NCBI GenBank assembly: GCA_043732185.1
Contig: JAYTHY010000059.1
Coordinates: forward strand, 1-64,000
Direction: 5' to 3'
Source: Fibrobacteria bacterium
Lineage (GTDB): Bacteria > Fibrobacterota > Fibrobacteria > UBA11236
Length of the DNA stretch: 64,000 nt
The position numbers and the translations under genes were made by a program. Under the pieces are notes generated by a model. The model was given only the letters and a program-made list of their open reading frames with translations, did no database searches and was not told the DNA's origin. Within the stretch, counting starts at the first letter, position 1, and each line of letters begins with the position of its first letter. This document shows positions 29,405 through 38,900 of the stretch, piece after piece.

Positions 29405-30718
29405 GTGCTTGGAATTCGCAGGAACTCGCTTTCATATAAGACAGCGATTCTATACATAGTCCTCACGGTGCTCATCACTTCAATATTCAATTTCATCATT
29501 TGGGAAAATCAAAGCGATTTGATCACGCGGAATCAGCAGTTGATTTCCGAGAATCAAAGCGTAAGATTCAAACATATTTTCGCTCGTGAACGCGACCAGC
29601 TTAAGGATAAGCGCAATCCCGAACCCTATAAGCGAGTGGCTGCCGCTGTGGCCAAGGAAGGCGTGACGGAAATGTCCGTCTTCACTGAATCCGGTGAAGT
29701 ACTTTTTCATTCCGGAACCGCAGCTGTGGCCAAACCGGATGGCGAAGAAAAATTGGTTCTGAACCGTGTCATCGCAAAATCGGAACTTGAAGACAAGGAG
29801 TTTTATCACGATATCCACATTCAGGAAAGATTGATTAACCTGTATATTCCCCTGGCCCTCGAAAACGGCGAAGTCGTCATCGCCAAATTCCCGATTCATA
29901 TTCAAAGTCTTGAATCCGAAAAAAATGTGCTTTTGCGACTTTGTCTCTTGGTTACTGTGATCGTTATTTTTCTGCAATTCATCTTCGCCTTGTTCCTGCG
30001 CAACATGGTGATTGTGCCCATCACTAAGTTGGAGAAAATCACCCATGAAGTTTCTAAAGGTGATTTCAACGTGGCCATTGATATCAAGCAAGAGGATGAA
30101 ATTGGTTTACTAGCAAATGCGTTTAAAGAAATGACCTTGAGCCTTGTGCGCATCCGCGAAGAAGCCAAGGGTGCGAACCCGCTTTCCGGTTTGCCTGGAA
30201 ATAATGTGATTGTGAAAAAAATTGATGACATGATCAACGCCAAGAAGGAATTTTCTGTCATTTACGGAGATTTGGATAATTTCAAAGCATACAATGATAA
30301 ATACGGATTTTCTAAAGGCGATGACGCCATTCTCTATACGCGGGACTGTTTTCAGGATGCGGCCAAACGCTTTGGAGACGATTCCACCTTTGTAGGTCAT
30401 GAAGGTGGAGATGACTTTGTGGTAGTGACAGGGTTCCATAACTGGGAAGAAATTAGCAAGGCGATTGTAACCGGATTCGACAGCGATGTGAAACAATTTT
30501 ACAACGATACGGATGCCAAATCTGGTTTCATCGAATCCTTGGATCGCCAAGGCCGGCGCATGCGATTTCCGCTAATGTCCATTTCGCTGGCAGTAGCCAG
30601 CAACCACTATCGCCCTATCACCGATCACCGTGCGATTGTTTCTATCGCAGCCGAAATGAAGAAATATGTCAAGAAAGTCGAAGGCAGCAATTACGCCATC
30701 GATAAACGGATCAACTGA
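29405..30718 (+). CDS. Membrane sensor HAMP-GGDEF diguanylate cyclase (GGDDF variant)
   Basis: Two TM segments, HAMP (DEIGLLANAF), ANPLSGLPGN, DLDNFKAYNDKYG, GGDDF. Confidence 0.9.
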   Translation: MLGIRRNSLSYKTAILYIVLTVLITSIFNFIIWENQSDLITRNQQLISENQSVRFKHIFARERDQLKDKRNPEPYKRVAAAVAKEGVTEMSVFTESGEVLFHSGTAAVAKPDGEEKLVLNRVIAKSELEDKEFYHDIHIQERLINLYIPLALENGEVVIAKFPIHIQSLESEKNVLLRLCLLVTVIVIFLQFIFALFLRNMVIVPITKLEKITHEVSKGDFNVAIDIKQEDEIGLLANAFKEMTLSLVRIREEAKGANPLSGLPGNNVIVKKIDDMINAKKEFSVIYGDLDNFKAYNDKYGFSKGDDAILYTRDCFQDAAKRFGDDSTFVGHEGGDDFVVVTGFHNWEEISKAIVTGFDSDVKQFYNDTDAKSGFIESLDRQGRRMRFPLMSISLAVASNHYRPITDHRAIVSIAAEMKKYVKKVEGSNYAIDKRIN

Positions 30719-30760
30719 AGCCTTTCGAGAGTTGGGTGCAGTGAATATGGGGACAGGGGC

Positions 30761-32371
30761 ATGAGCGACAATAAAAGCTCAAGCAACTTTGGCAGTCTTT
30801 CGGAATTATGGTTCCATTCCAAGCCGATCATACTGATTGCATGCCTCATTTTATTCAGCCTCTATACCAACGAAGCGGTTATTCAATATAGGATGAACGA
30901 ATACAATCGGGCTATGGAAACCCTTTCACAAACCTACAACTCCAGTCATGCACTTAATATGTTGGCTCGCTTTGAATTGATTAAAAAGCGACAAAACACC
31001 CCAGATGAAGATGAGACGGCCTTGGAACTCAAATTGCAGTCTTTGGGATCCAATAAATTGTTAGTTACCGAGACGCATACGCGCGGGATAAAATCAAAAA
31101 TTATTGGCACCGTCATCAGTGGCGTGGGATTTGTCCTTGGTAAAAAAAAATCACAGACGGATGTCCCTAACAAAATCATCAACGGTTTAGAAGCCGCCTA
31201 TTTTTACGAACGCTCCCGAAAATACGATAAGGCGATTGAAATCTATACACAGAGCTTGAACGATAAAAGCATTCCTGCCGAGGTTACGGCTACGTTACTC
31301 TTGCACCGCGGATTCTGTACCAGCCTCATGGGCGAATACAAGAAAGCCATTGTCGATTTTGAAAAAACATCCGACCTTGTGCCCCAATCGGAAGAAGCGC
31401 AAGTTGCCATCAAACTGAAAGAGTTGACGCAAGGGCTGGAAAACCAGGTCAAGCTTGCCCGCGACGCCAAGCTGAGTCCGTTTGAGGCTGGGCGCCAGAT
31501 GTTCCTGCTTGCCAATTATGCCGAGGCGGCAAAAAGTCTACAGAAAATTCTCGCTAACCCGGCATCGGATTCATTGGAGCGTATTCAAAGTCGTTATCTC
31601 TATGGAAGGTCTCAAGAGGAACTGGGACAAGATAGTGATGCGGTGCTCACTTATCGCTCCGTTATCCAGCAGGCTCCCAATTCGGAAGAAGCCAAAAAAT
31701 CGAATCGCCGACTTTATGTGCTGGGAAAATTCTATAGCCATGATGAAGATTTGGCCAAGGCAGCCCTTAAAAAAATGGAGAAGTATCAGGATTTTAAATT
31801 CATCAACAGCTTAAAATCATTGGCTGTACCTAAGGCTAGGGAATCCGCTCCAGGCACAGGAGCCGGTAGCGGTGAGGACGTGTCCACAAATACCGAGGAG
31901 CATGCAGCCCAAAAATTGGAAAAAGTGGATGTCGCAGACCTTAAAGGCGATGCGAAAGCCGTTCAAGAAGCCCTGAAAGCCGTGGATAAGAGTGAACCAG
32001 AGAAACTTTCCGCCACTCTCAAGACGGATGTTAAAGCCCGGCGCGCCAATGCTCGAATTATTGCCGATCCCTTACGGCAAGAGTCGATATTCGCATCCAT
32101 CGAGAGCAATATGAGCGAAATGGAGTTTATCTACCAGAAGTTTATGCGAAAGGGAGTTGTATTTGAAGGTAATCTTACCATTCGCATACTTATTGACCCG
32201 GCCGGTAAAGTAAAGGACGCCCGCATCGTCAGCGAAAAGAGTACCATTGACAATGCCTCCTTCGGTTCTGAAATCCTGCAAAACGTCAAAAAATGGCGGT
32301 TCCGGGAAGACCCACAGGCAAATGGGGACATTCCCGTTTCCTTTCCCTTAAGGTTTGTAAATAAGGAATAG
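30761..32371 (+). CDS. Membrane-anchored TPR protein with an AgmX/PglI-type TonB C-terminal domain
   Basis: N-terminal TM, TPRs, C-terminal EGNLTIRILIDPAGKV...VKKWRF...VSFPLRF. Confidence 0.8.
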   Translation: MSDNKSSSNFGSLSELWFHSKPIILIACLILFSLYTNEAVIQYRMNEYNRAMETLSQTYNSSHALNMLARFELIKKRQNTPDEDETALELKLQSLGSNKLLVTETHTRGIKSKIIGTVISGVGFVLGKKKSQTDVPNKIINGLEAAYFYERSRKYDKAIEIYTQSLNDKSIPAEVTATLLLHRGFCTSLMGEYKKAIVDFEKTSDLVPQSEEAQVAIKLKELTQGLENQVKLARDAKLSPFEAGRQMFLLANYAEAAKSLQKILANPASDSLERIQSRYLYGRSQEELGQDSDAVLTYRSVIQQAPNSEEAKKSNRRLYVLGKFYSHDEDLAKAALKKMEKYQDFKFINSLKSLAVPKARESAPGTGAGSGEDVSTNTEEHAAQKLEKVDVADLKGDAKAVQEALKAVDKSEPEKLSATLKTDVKARRANARIIADPLRQESIFASIESNMSEMEFIYQKFMRKGVVFEGNLTIRILIDPAGKVKDARIVSEKSTIDNASFGSEILQNVKKWRFREDPQANGDIPVSFPLRFVNKE

Positions 32372-32388
32372 ACGGCAGAAAAAAATGC

Positions 32389-32416
32389 TTGACAATCCTG
32401 ATTCCCAAGATATATT
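32389..32416 (+). promoter_or_regulatory. Putative sigma70 promoter
   Basis: TTGACA-N16-TATATT. The ORF-track TTG start at 32389 coincides with the -35 box. Confidence 0.5.
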
Positions 32417-32451
32417 TGCACCAAATTGCGGAAAGAATGCAGGAAGATAAT

Positions 32452-32664
32452 ATGGAATTGAGTCAGGCGGATAAATGGGATTGCGGAAGACGTCCGAAAC
32501 ACGACGACTTTGACGATTTAGAGCCTTTTGAAAATGAAGACGAAGAGGCTGATGAAGCGGACAGTGAAGAGGATGAAAACGAAGAAGTAGACTTCGATAA
32601 TCCTAAGTTTAAGAAAACCGATATTTGGAATGACTACGCCGAGGATTTGGATTTCGAGGAGTAA
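32452..32664 (+). CDS. Small very acidic protein
   Basis: SD AGGAAG; 70 aa, 31 of them D/E; ends 6 bp before the MltD-like gene. Confidence 0.65.
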   Translation: MELSQADKWDCGRRPKHDDFDDLEPFENEDEEADEADSEEDENEEVDFDNPKFKKTDIWNDYAEDLDFEE

Positions 32665-32670
32665 GGCTGC

Positions 32671-34893
32671 TTGTCGCCTAAGCCGTCATTACTGGTTTTA
32701 GGCTTGCTTTTTCTGGTAGCCTGTACCAGTACCAAGCCTACTAAGCCCTTAACCACTGAAAACAAAGCCGATTCTGGTCAGGGGGTATTGCATTCTCCTG
32801 GCCTTGTCCCCGAAGAGGAAATGCTTTTTTCGGAGGTGACCGAGTTCATAAACTTGGGGTTAGAAAGCATTACCGATTCCTTATGGTTCCAGGCTGGTGA
32901 AGATTTCGATAGCGCCCTGATTAAATTAGCTGGGCTGGAAGCAACCGATTCTTTGAGTCCCAGCGTGTTAACCAAGATTAAGGTATACCGGGATAGCGTA
33001 CAAAATCTACTGATTGGTACCGTTGCCAAGACCAGTCAAATGTCCCAACCGGTACCCTTGACTGAGCTGTTTGACCAAGAAATGGAAGGCGTTTCCGATT
33101 CCTCCGTACACGCAATCGATTCCATCACGCATTACATCAATCCAAAAGCCTATGACCTGCCCTTGACTTCACCCCTGGACCCTAGAGTCCTCCAGGCTAT
33201 TTCGGTCTTCATGGGGCCCGGGAAGGGCTATTTTGCCAAATGGCTAAATCGCAAATCCAGGTACGAAAAAATCATCCGGACGAAACTGGCTGAACGCGAT
33301 ATGCCCAAAGATTTGATGTACTTGGCGATGGTAGAGAGTGGCTTCAATCCAAAAGCCTGGTCCAAGGCCTCTGCCAGTGGTATGTGGCAATTTATCAGCG
33401 GCACAGGCCGTCGTTATGGACTGCAGGATGATTGGTGGTATGATGCGCGACGCGACCCAATAATGGCTACCGATGCGGCCTTGGATTATCTTGGGGATTT
33501 GAACGACGAATTCGAGGACTGGCATCTGGCAATGGCCGCGTATAATTGCGGCGAAGGTCGAATCCGCCGTTATCGCAGCCAGGATTCGAGTTTAACCTAT
33601 TGGAAGATGCCGTTGCCGCAGGAAACCCGTTTTTATGTACCCAAGATTCTGGCCGCCATGATTATCGGGCATAATCCAGAGCGTTATGGATTTGTCGTGG
33701 ACAAACCTGAGTTACCTTTGGAATTCGATACGGCCTCTGTTCATGATTGCTTGTCCATCCGTGCTATCGCCCAGGCGGCTGGCGTGAGTGAAGATACCAT
33801 CATCAGTTTAAATCCTGCGTTGAGACGCTGGTGTACGCCCCCTGACCAACGTGAGTATCAGGTAAATATTCCTACTGGGACTAGGGACGTCTTTCTTCAG
33901 AATTATGCGTTGTTGGATAAAAGCCAACTTGTCACTTGGCACCATCATATTGTCGGCAGAGGCGATAATATCAACTCAATAGCGTCCCGGTACCGCGTTT
34001 CCGTGGCGGCCATTAAAGCCACAAATAAGATTAAAGGAAATAAACTGCATAAGGGCCAAAGCTTATTGATTCCCCTTGCGCCGGTGGACGCTGTGAAATA
34101 TGCCGAAAAAGATGAGCCGGGACGCAGCGAACGCAGCGGAGGCCGAAGGGGAAATAGTTTCCAAAGGGGCACGTATAAAGTACGCAGTGGGGACAATCTT
34201 TTTGACATTGCCCGTCGCTTCAATACCACCGTATCGCAATTAAAATTGGCCAACCACTTACGTTCTGGCACTGGCATTAGGCCAGGGCAAAAGCTCCGTC
34301 TTGGGACCAAACCCGCATTGACTCGTGAGGATGATATGGAAGACCATCATGAACCAGAAGCCCGAAATGCCTTGAAAAAGGTCGATGAAACCGTGGAAAC
34401 TTCACTCCGTACAGGAACCAAACCAGGGTTAAGTAACAAGTTTCAAGTTTATCGCGTGACGGCGAATGAAAATATTTTTTCCATTGCCATGAAGCTGGGA
34501 ATAAGCGAAAACAATTTGCGCAAATGGAACGGCATCCAAGGTAACCGAATTTTAGTTGGGCAAAAATTGAAATATTTGGGGACACGGCGGACGGATCAAC
34601 GTGCGAATGATCAAGATGAGCCTGGCTCGGATGGGGAAGAGGAGGCTGTAGTCGCTGGTTCATCAAAAGATTCACCCTCTGGAAAATCAACTTCACTCGC
34701 AGCCAGTATGGCTATTGAAGCGACAGGCAACAGCCAAAACAAGGTTACCGAAAAGCAATATTACCTGATTAAAGGCGGCGACAGCCTATGGGATATTGCC
34801 GTAAAATACCGTAGCACCGTGCAAAGACTCAAGGAACTAAATGGCCGCTTGCCAGCAGTGCTTAAACCAGGAACACGGATCAGGGTCAAATAA
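32671..34893 (+). CDS. mltD: Lipoprotein lytic transglycosylase with four LysM domains (MltD-like)
   Basis: Lipobox LVAC; catalytic AMVESG, GMWQF, AAYNCGEG, ETRFYVPK; LysM repeats. Confidence 0.9.
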   Translation: MSPKPSLLVLGLLFLVACTSTKPTKPLTTENKADSGQGVLHSPGLVPEEEMLFSEVTEFINLGLESITDSLWFQAGEDFDSALIKLAGLEATDSLSPSVLTKIKVYRDSVQNLLIGTVAKTSQMSQPVPLTELFDQEMEGVSDSSVHAIDSITHYINPKAYDLPLTSPLDPRVLQAISVFMGPGKGYFAKWLNRKSRYEKIIRTKLAERDMPKDLMYLAMVESGFNPKAWSKASASGMWQFISGTGRRYGLQDDWWYDARRDPIMATDAALDYLGDLNDEFEDWHLAMAAYNCGEGRIRRYRSQDSSLTYWKMPLPQETRFYVPKILAAMIIGHNPERYGFVVDKPELPLEFDTASVHDCLSIRAIAQAAGVSEDTIISLNPALRRWCTPPDQREYQVNIPTGTRDVFLQNYALLDKSQLVTWHHHIVGRGDNINSIASRYRVSVAAIKATNKIKGNKLHKGQSLLIPLAPVDAVKYAEKDEPGRSERSGGRRGNSFQRGTYKVRSGDNLFDIARRFNTTVSQLKLANHLRSGTGIRPGQKLRLGTKPALTREDDMEDHHEPEARNALKKVDETVETSLRTGTKPGLSNKFQVYRVTANENIFSIAMKLGISENNLRKWNGIQGNRILVGQKLKYLGTRRTDQRANDQDEPGSDGEEEAVVAGSSKDSPSGKSTSLAASMAIEATGNSQNKVTEKQYYLIKGGDSLWDIAVKYRSTVQRLKELNGRLPAVLKPGTRIRVK

Positions 34894-34910
34894 CCTGATA
34901 GGAGAAATTC

Positions 34911-35828
34911 ATGTCCAGATTTTTTAAGACCATGTCCGTGTTGGCCGTGGTTGCAATTATCGCCTTTATCTTCTTTTTAAATTCATTGGTAGGCTTATTT
35001 GGCCGACTTGCCGATGGGGGAACCGTCGGCGGGATGGGAAATAAGCCCCATATCACGGTGCTGAAAGTCGATGGCGTCATCATGGAATCAGATAAATATT
35101 TGGAAAGCATACAGAGGATTTCTGAAGATGGGTCATGCAAAGGTATTCTGTTGCGAATCGATTCGCCTGGTGGCGCGGTGGGCGCGTCACAAGAAATTTT
35201 GTCAGCCTTGCAGGGATTAAAATCCAAGGGACTCCCAATTGTAGTAAGCCAAGGGAATTTGGCGGCTTCGGGTGGATATTACATCTCCTTGGCGGGAAGT
35301 AAAATTTTTGCCAATCCTGGCACCTTGACCGGCAGCATCGGTGTAATCATGCAGTTTCCTGAAGCATCCAAGCTCATGGAAAAAGTGGGAATTGGGCTCA
35401 ATACTGTTAAAAGCGGAGCGCTTAAAGATGTGGGCAATTTTTCCCGCGCCTCGACTCCGGAGGAAATTCGATATTTACAATCCGTCATCGACAACACGTA
35501 CAACCAGTTTTTAGACGATATTCTGGCGAGCCGAAAAGTAGCCCGCGCTGACCTTTTAAAAATTGCCGATGGAAGGGTAATGACAGGAAGGCAAGCGCTT
35601 GCCTCTGGCCTGATAGACACTCTAGGCGGATTCCAAGAAGCCAAAGCCTACTTGGCCAAACTGGTCCACTTGGATGAGCATGCCGCAATCGTCAATGAAC
35701 CTCCTGTCAAACATTGGATGGAATCCTTTATCGAGTCCAATTCTTCAACTTCTCTTGGGATTTTGGGACAAGCGGCCAAAACCCTTTTGCCACAGGTTCG
35801 CCAAGGCACTTTTTTCATCTGGAAGTAA
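34911..35828 (+). CDS. sppA: Signal peptide peptidase SppA (36K type)
   Basis: RIDSPGG, AASGGYY, TGSIGVI, KSGALKD, ADGRV. Confidence 0.95.
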   Translation: MSRFFKTMSVLAVVAIIAFIFFLNSLVGLFGRLADGGTVGGMGNKPHITVLKVDGVIMESDKYLESIQRISEDGSCKGILLRIDSPGGAVGASQEILSALQGLKSKGLPIVVSQGNLAASGGYYISLAGSKIFANPGTLTGSIGVIMQFPEASKLMEKVGIGLNTVKSGALKDVGNFSRASTPEEIRYLQSVIDNTYNQFLDDILASRKVARADLLKIADGRVMTGRQALASGLIDTLGGFQEAKAYLAKLVHLDEHAAIVNEPPVKHWMESFIESNSSTSLGILGQAAKTLLPQVRQGTFFIWK

Positions 35829-35961
35829 AGCGCAGCACATAATTCAAGTTTGGCACTGGATCCCGCGAATTTCTTTCCCATTTCTATCCGACTTTGTAAA
35901 TATATAGGCACGACCTCGGATTGGTTGTTTAACAATTGATGGACAGTTCTGGGCAAAATAA

Positions 35962-38900
35962 ATGAAGCCAACAAGCAAGCAGTTTCCGATGACCTTACGG
36001 TTTGTGCTTATTCTTTTTCTGCTGATTTTCTTGGCCATTCCGGCTTTAGCGGAATCCCCATTGTCCCAACACCAATTTGAACGCGTATTGGAAGACACTC
36101 CCGAAAAACTGGTATTAGAAATTTCCAATCCGGACTTTAACTTAGTTCGCGTAGATGAGGCAGGTACCTTTCAAGTGACCTGTAACGGGTGTTCCCGATC
36201 TGGAATTCCCGGTTCCCCAGATTTGCCAGTATATCGATTTGACGTGATTACAGGTACTTCCGCCCCACAAGTAAAAATCAATATTCTTGAGACAGAGACG
36301 CGCACAGTGATGGGGGGTATTTCGCCCTATCCGAATTTCTTATCGCCCACAAAAATGGAATACCACGCGGACGTCCGCCTCTTCCGCGAGGCAGCCAATC
36401 TAGAGCCACAATTGCTCAATGTCCGCACGCTCAGAGGCGTGCCCATTCGAGGCATTGAAACGCCTTTGACACTTTGGTCCGAATCTGGTAAAACTTTAAC
36501 CTTGATCAAAAGAATGCAAGTAGAAGTTCGGTTTGCGGGAGTTTTTGGCCAACGAGCGACAAATAGGTTGTCGGGTTCTTTCGCCGCAGCGGTAAAAAAT
36601 CCTCTCGGAGGTGCGTATTTGTACCGATCCAATTCACCGGTTGCCTTGCGTAAGAACTCGGCTGCACATTTCGAATTGGGAAATCGGTTTATCCGGTTTA
36701 AAATTGGTGACCGCAATTTGGAAAATTTGGATGAGGACCGCGTCTATGGCGTTTCCTTTTCGGATTTGGTACGTGTCGCGACGGATTTGAATGGAGTGAG
36801 CGTTTCCAATTTGAGAATGTATACGGGTCCAAACGATAGTTTATCGCGTGACATGCAAGCACAAATTCTACCCGGTACTTTGCGGGAAATCCCCATTGAA
36901 GTTCTGGATAAAAACGGGAATAAAACCTTCGATGAAGGGGATTCGGTTCGCTTCTTTGCGCATGGAACCAGCCTCTGGACGCGGCTTCCTGGAAACCGTG
37001 GCCCCATTCGTTATGAATTCACATCAGATCCCTATTCGTTTGAGAATTATTATTTCCTCGATTTTTCTGAAAGTGGGAAAACGGGGGCTGCCTTGCGACT
37101 CAGCGAATCCGCTTCGGTACCGGTGGTTTCTCCTGTTAAAACCTCTTCATATAGTTACCTGCGCGCTGAAAAAGATTTGCAAACTGCAGCTTGTGATCCC
37201 AGTGGTCATAAAGATGAGGAAACCGGTTTTGATTGGTATTGGTATTGGAAGGGCAACGGTTGTGAAGGAGACAATGGGACTACTTTGTCCAAGTCCCAAC
37301 TCGCCAGTGATGAAACCGACTCCCTTCCTGATCTCGACCGAAGCATACCCGGAGACTCCATTTTCGTTGGTTTCTATGTTGCTCAGCTTGTTCAGGATAG
37401 TGGCTTCACAGTTTACTTTGGTGGCAACGGTGATGCACTAGACATTTTGCGAGTGCCAATTCAAGATACATCCGTGCACCCTCTACCAAACTATTCGCCA
37501 GGCAGCTACTATGTTTGGACAAAACCTGTAAAAGACGCTCCAGTATTCCAACTGGACTCTCTAAAGTGGCCGCGGGAACGTCGCTTCGAGGGGTATACAG
37601 TGAGTTATCGGCGTAATCACGTTTTTTCTGGGAAGCCGCTTTGGATATACCCTACGGAATTTGGGAAGCCTGTATCCTATAAAGTAAGTGGTGGGGAGGG
37701 CAAGCAGTGTTTGCGCATCGAAGATGGTGTGGCAGTTCGGCGGATGGTTCTGGATGGCTCGGAAACATTTACTGACAGCCTATCAGTGGGAGCGAATGCG
37801 AGATATTTTATCTACTCCAATGCAACAGGATTATCTCCAGCCAGCACTGAGTTTCAATCCCTACCCTCAACCGGTACATCGCTCCGAAATTTGGAAACAG
37901 GAGATGGCGAAAATCCGGAATATATTATCGTAACACCGGCTTCTCTCCTTCATGAGGCTCTAGAGCTTAAAGACTACCGAAACAAAGTTTCACGCAGCGT
38001 GCACGTGCGCACCTCCGTTGTTCAAGTGGAGGACATCTATCGTCAGTTCTCAAGCGGTCGGTTATCAACGGTAGCCATTCGCGATTTTCTGCGTTGGGCG
38101 TATTCAGGTTGGGGCACCAAGAGTAGCGATTCTCATGCGCTCAAATATGTGCTTTTATTTGGAGATGGAAATTATGATTTTCGGAATATAAAGGCATCGG
38201 TGATGAAAGCGGCTCCGCCAAATTTAATTCCGCCCTTCGAGTGCTTTCCTTTTGACAATGATGAAATTGCAACCGATGATTTTTACGCAGCGCTCGATTC
38301 GAATGAAAATGACTTGCTCAATCTCGGTCTAGATGTTTCCGTTGGTCGACTCCCGGTACAGTCAGCGGATCAGGCCAAGGCATATCTCCAAAAAATTAAG
38401 GACTACGAAGATCCTACAAAGGCTGGGGAATGGCGCTCGCGTGTTATTATGGCCGCCGATGACGCCACCCAACGCGGCGCGAATGGTGACTATGACCCAA
38501 TTCCGCGCGGCCATACCACCGATTCTGATAACCTAGGCAAAGACATTAATGGGAATGAGCCTGCGGTTTCCGTGGACAAAATTTATCTACTGGATTACCC
38601 GATGAATTCGTCGTACCACAAACCTGAAGCGACGCAAGACTTGCTTTCCCTTATTAACCGCGGTGCCGTTATGGTCAACTATGTGGGGCATGGGGCGTCT
38701 AACCAGTGGGCGGATGAAGCCTTGCTTTTGACAAATGACGCTCTTTCGAGGATGCATAATGAAGGCCGCACTCCTATGATAAATGCTTTTTCCTGCACAG
38801 TGGGTCGATTTGAAAGTTTAACTGGGGAAGGAATGAGTGAGCAATTTGTTAAACAAAAAGGTGTGGGGGCGATTGCAGCGATCTCATCTACTCGCGAATC

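Noticed and set aside
29480..30550. Long antisense or overlapping ORFs (also 1346-1882, 7062-7664, 36848-37441 and others)
   Set aside because: They are shadows of well-supported genes and carry no recognisable motifs.
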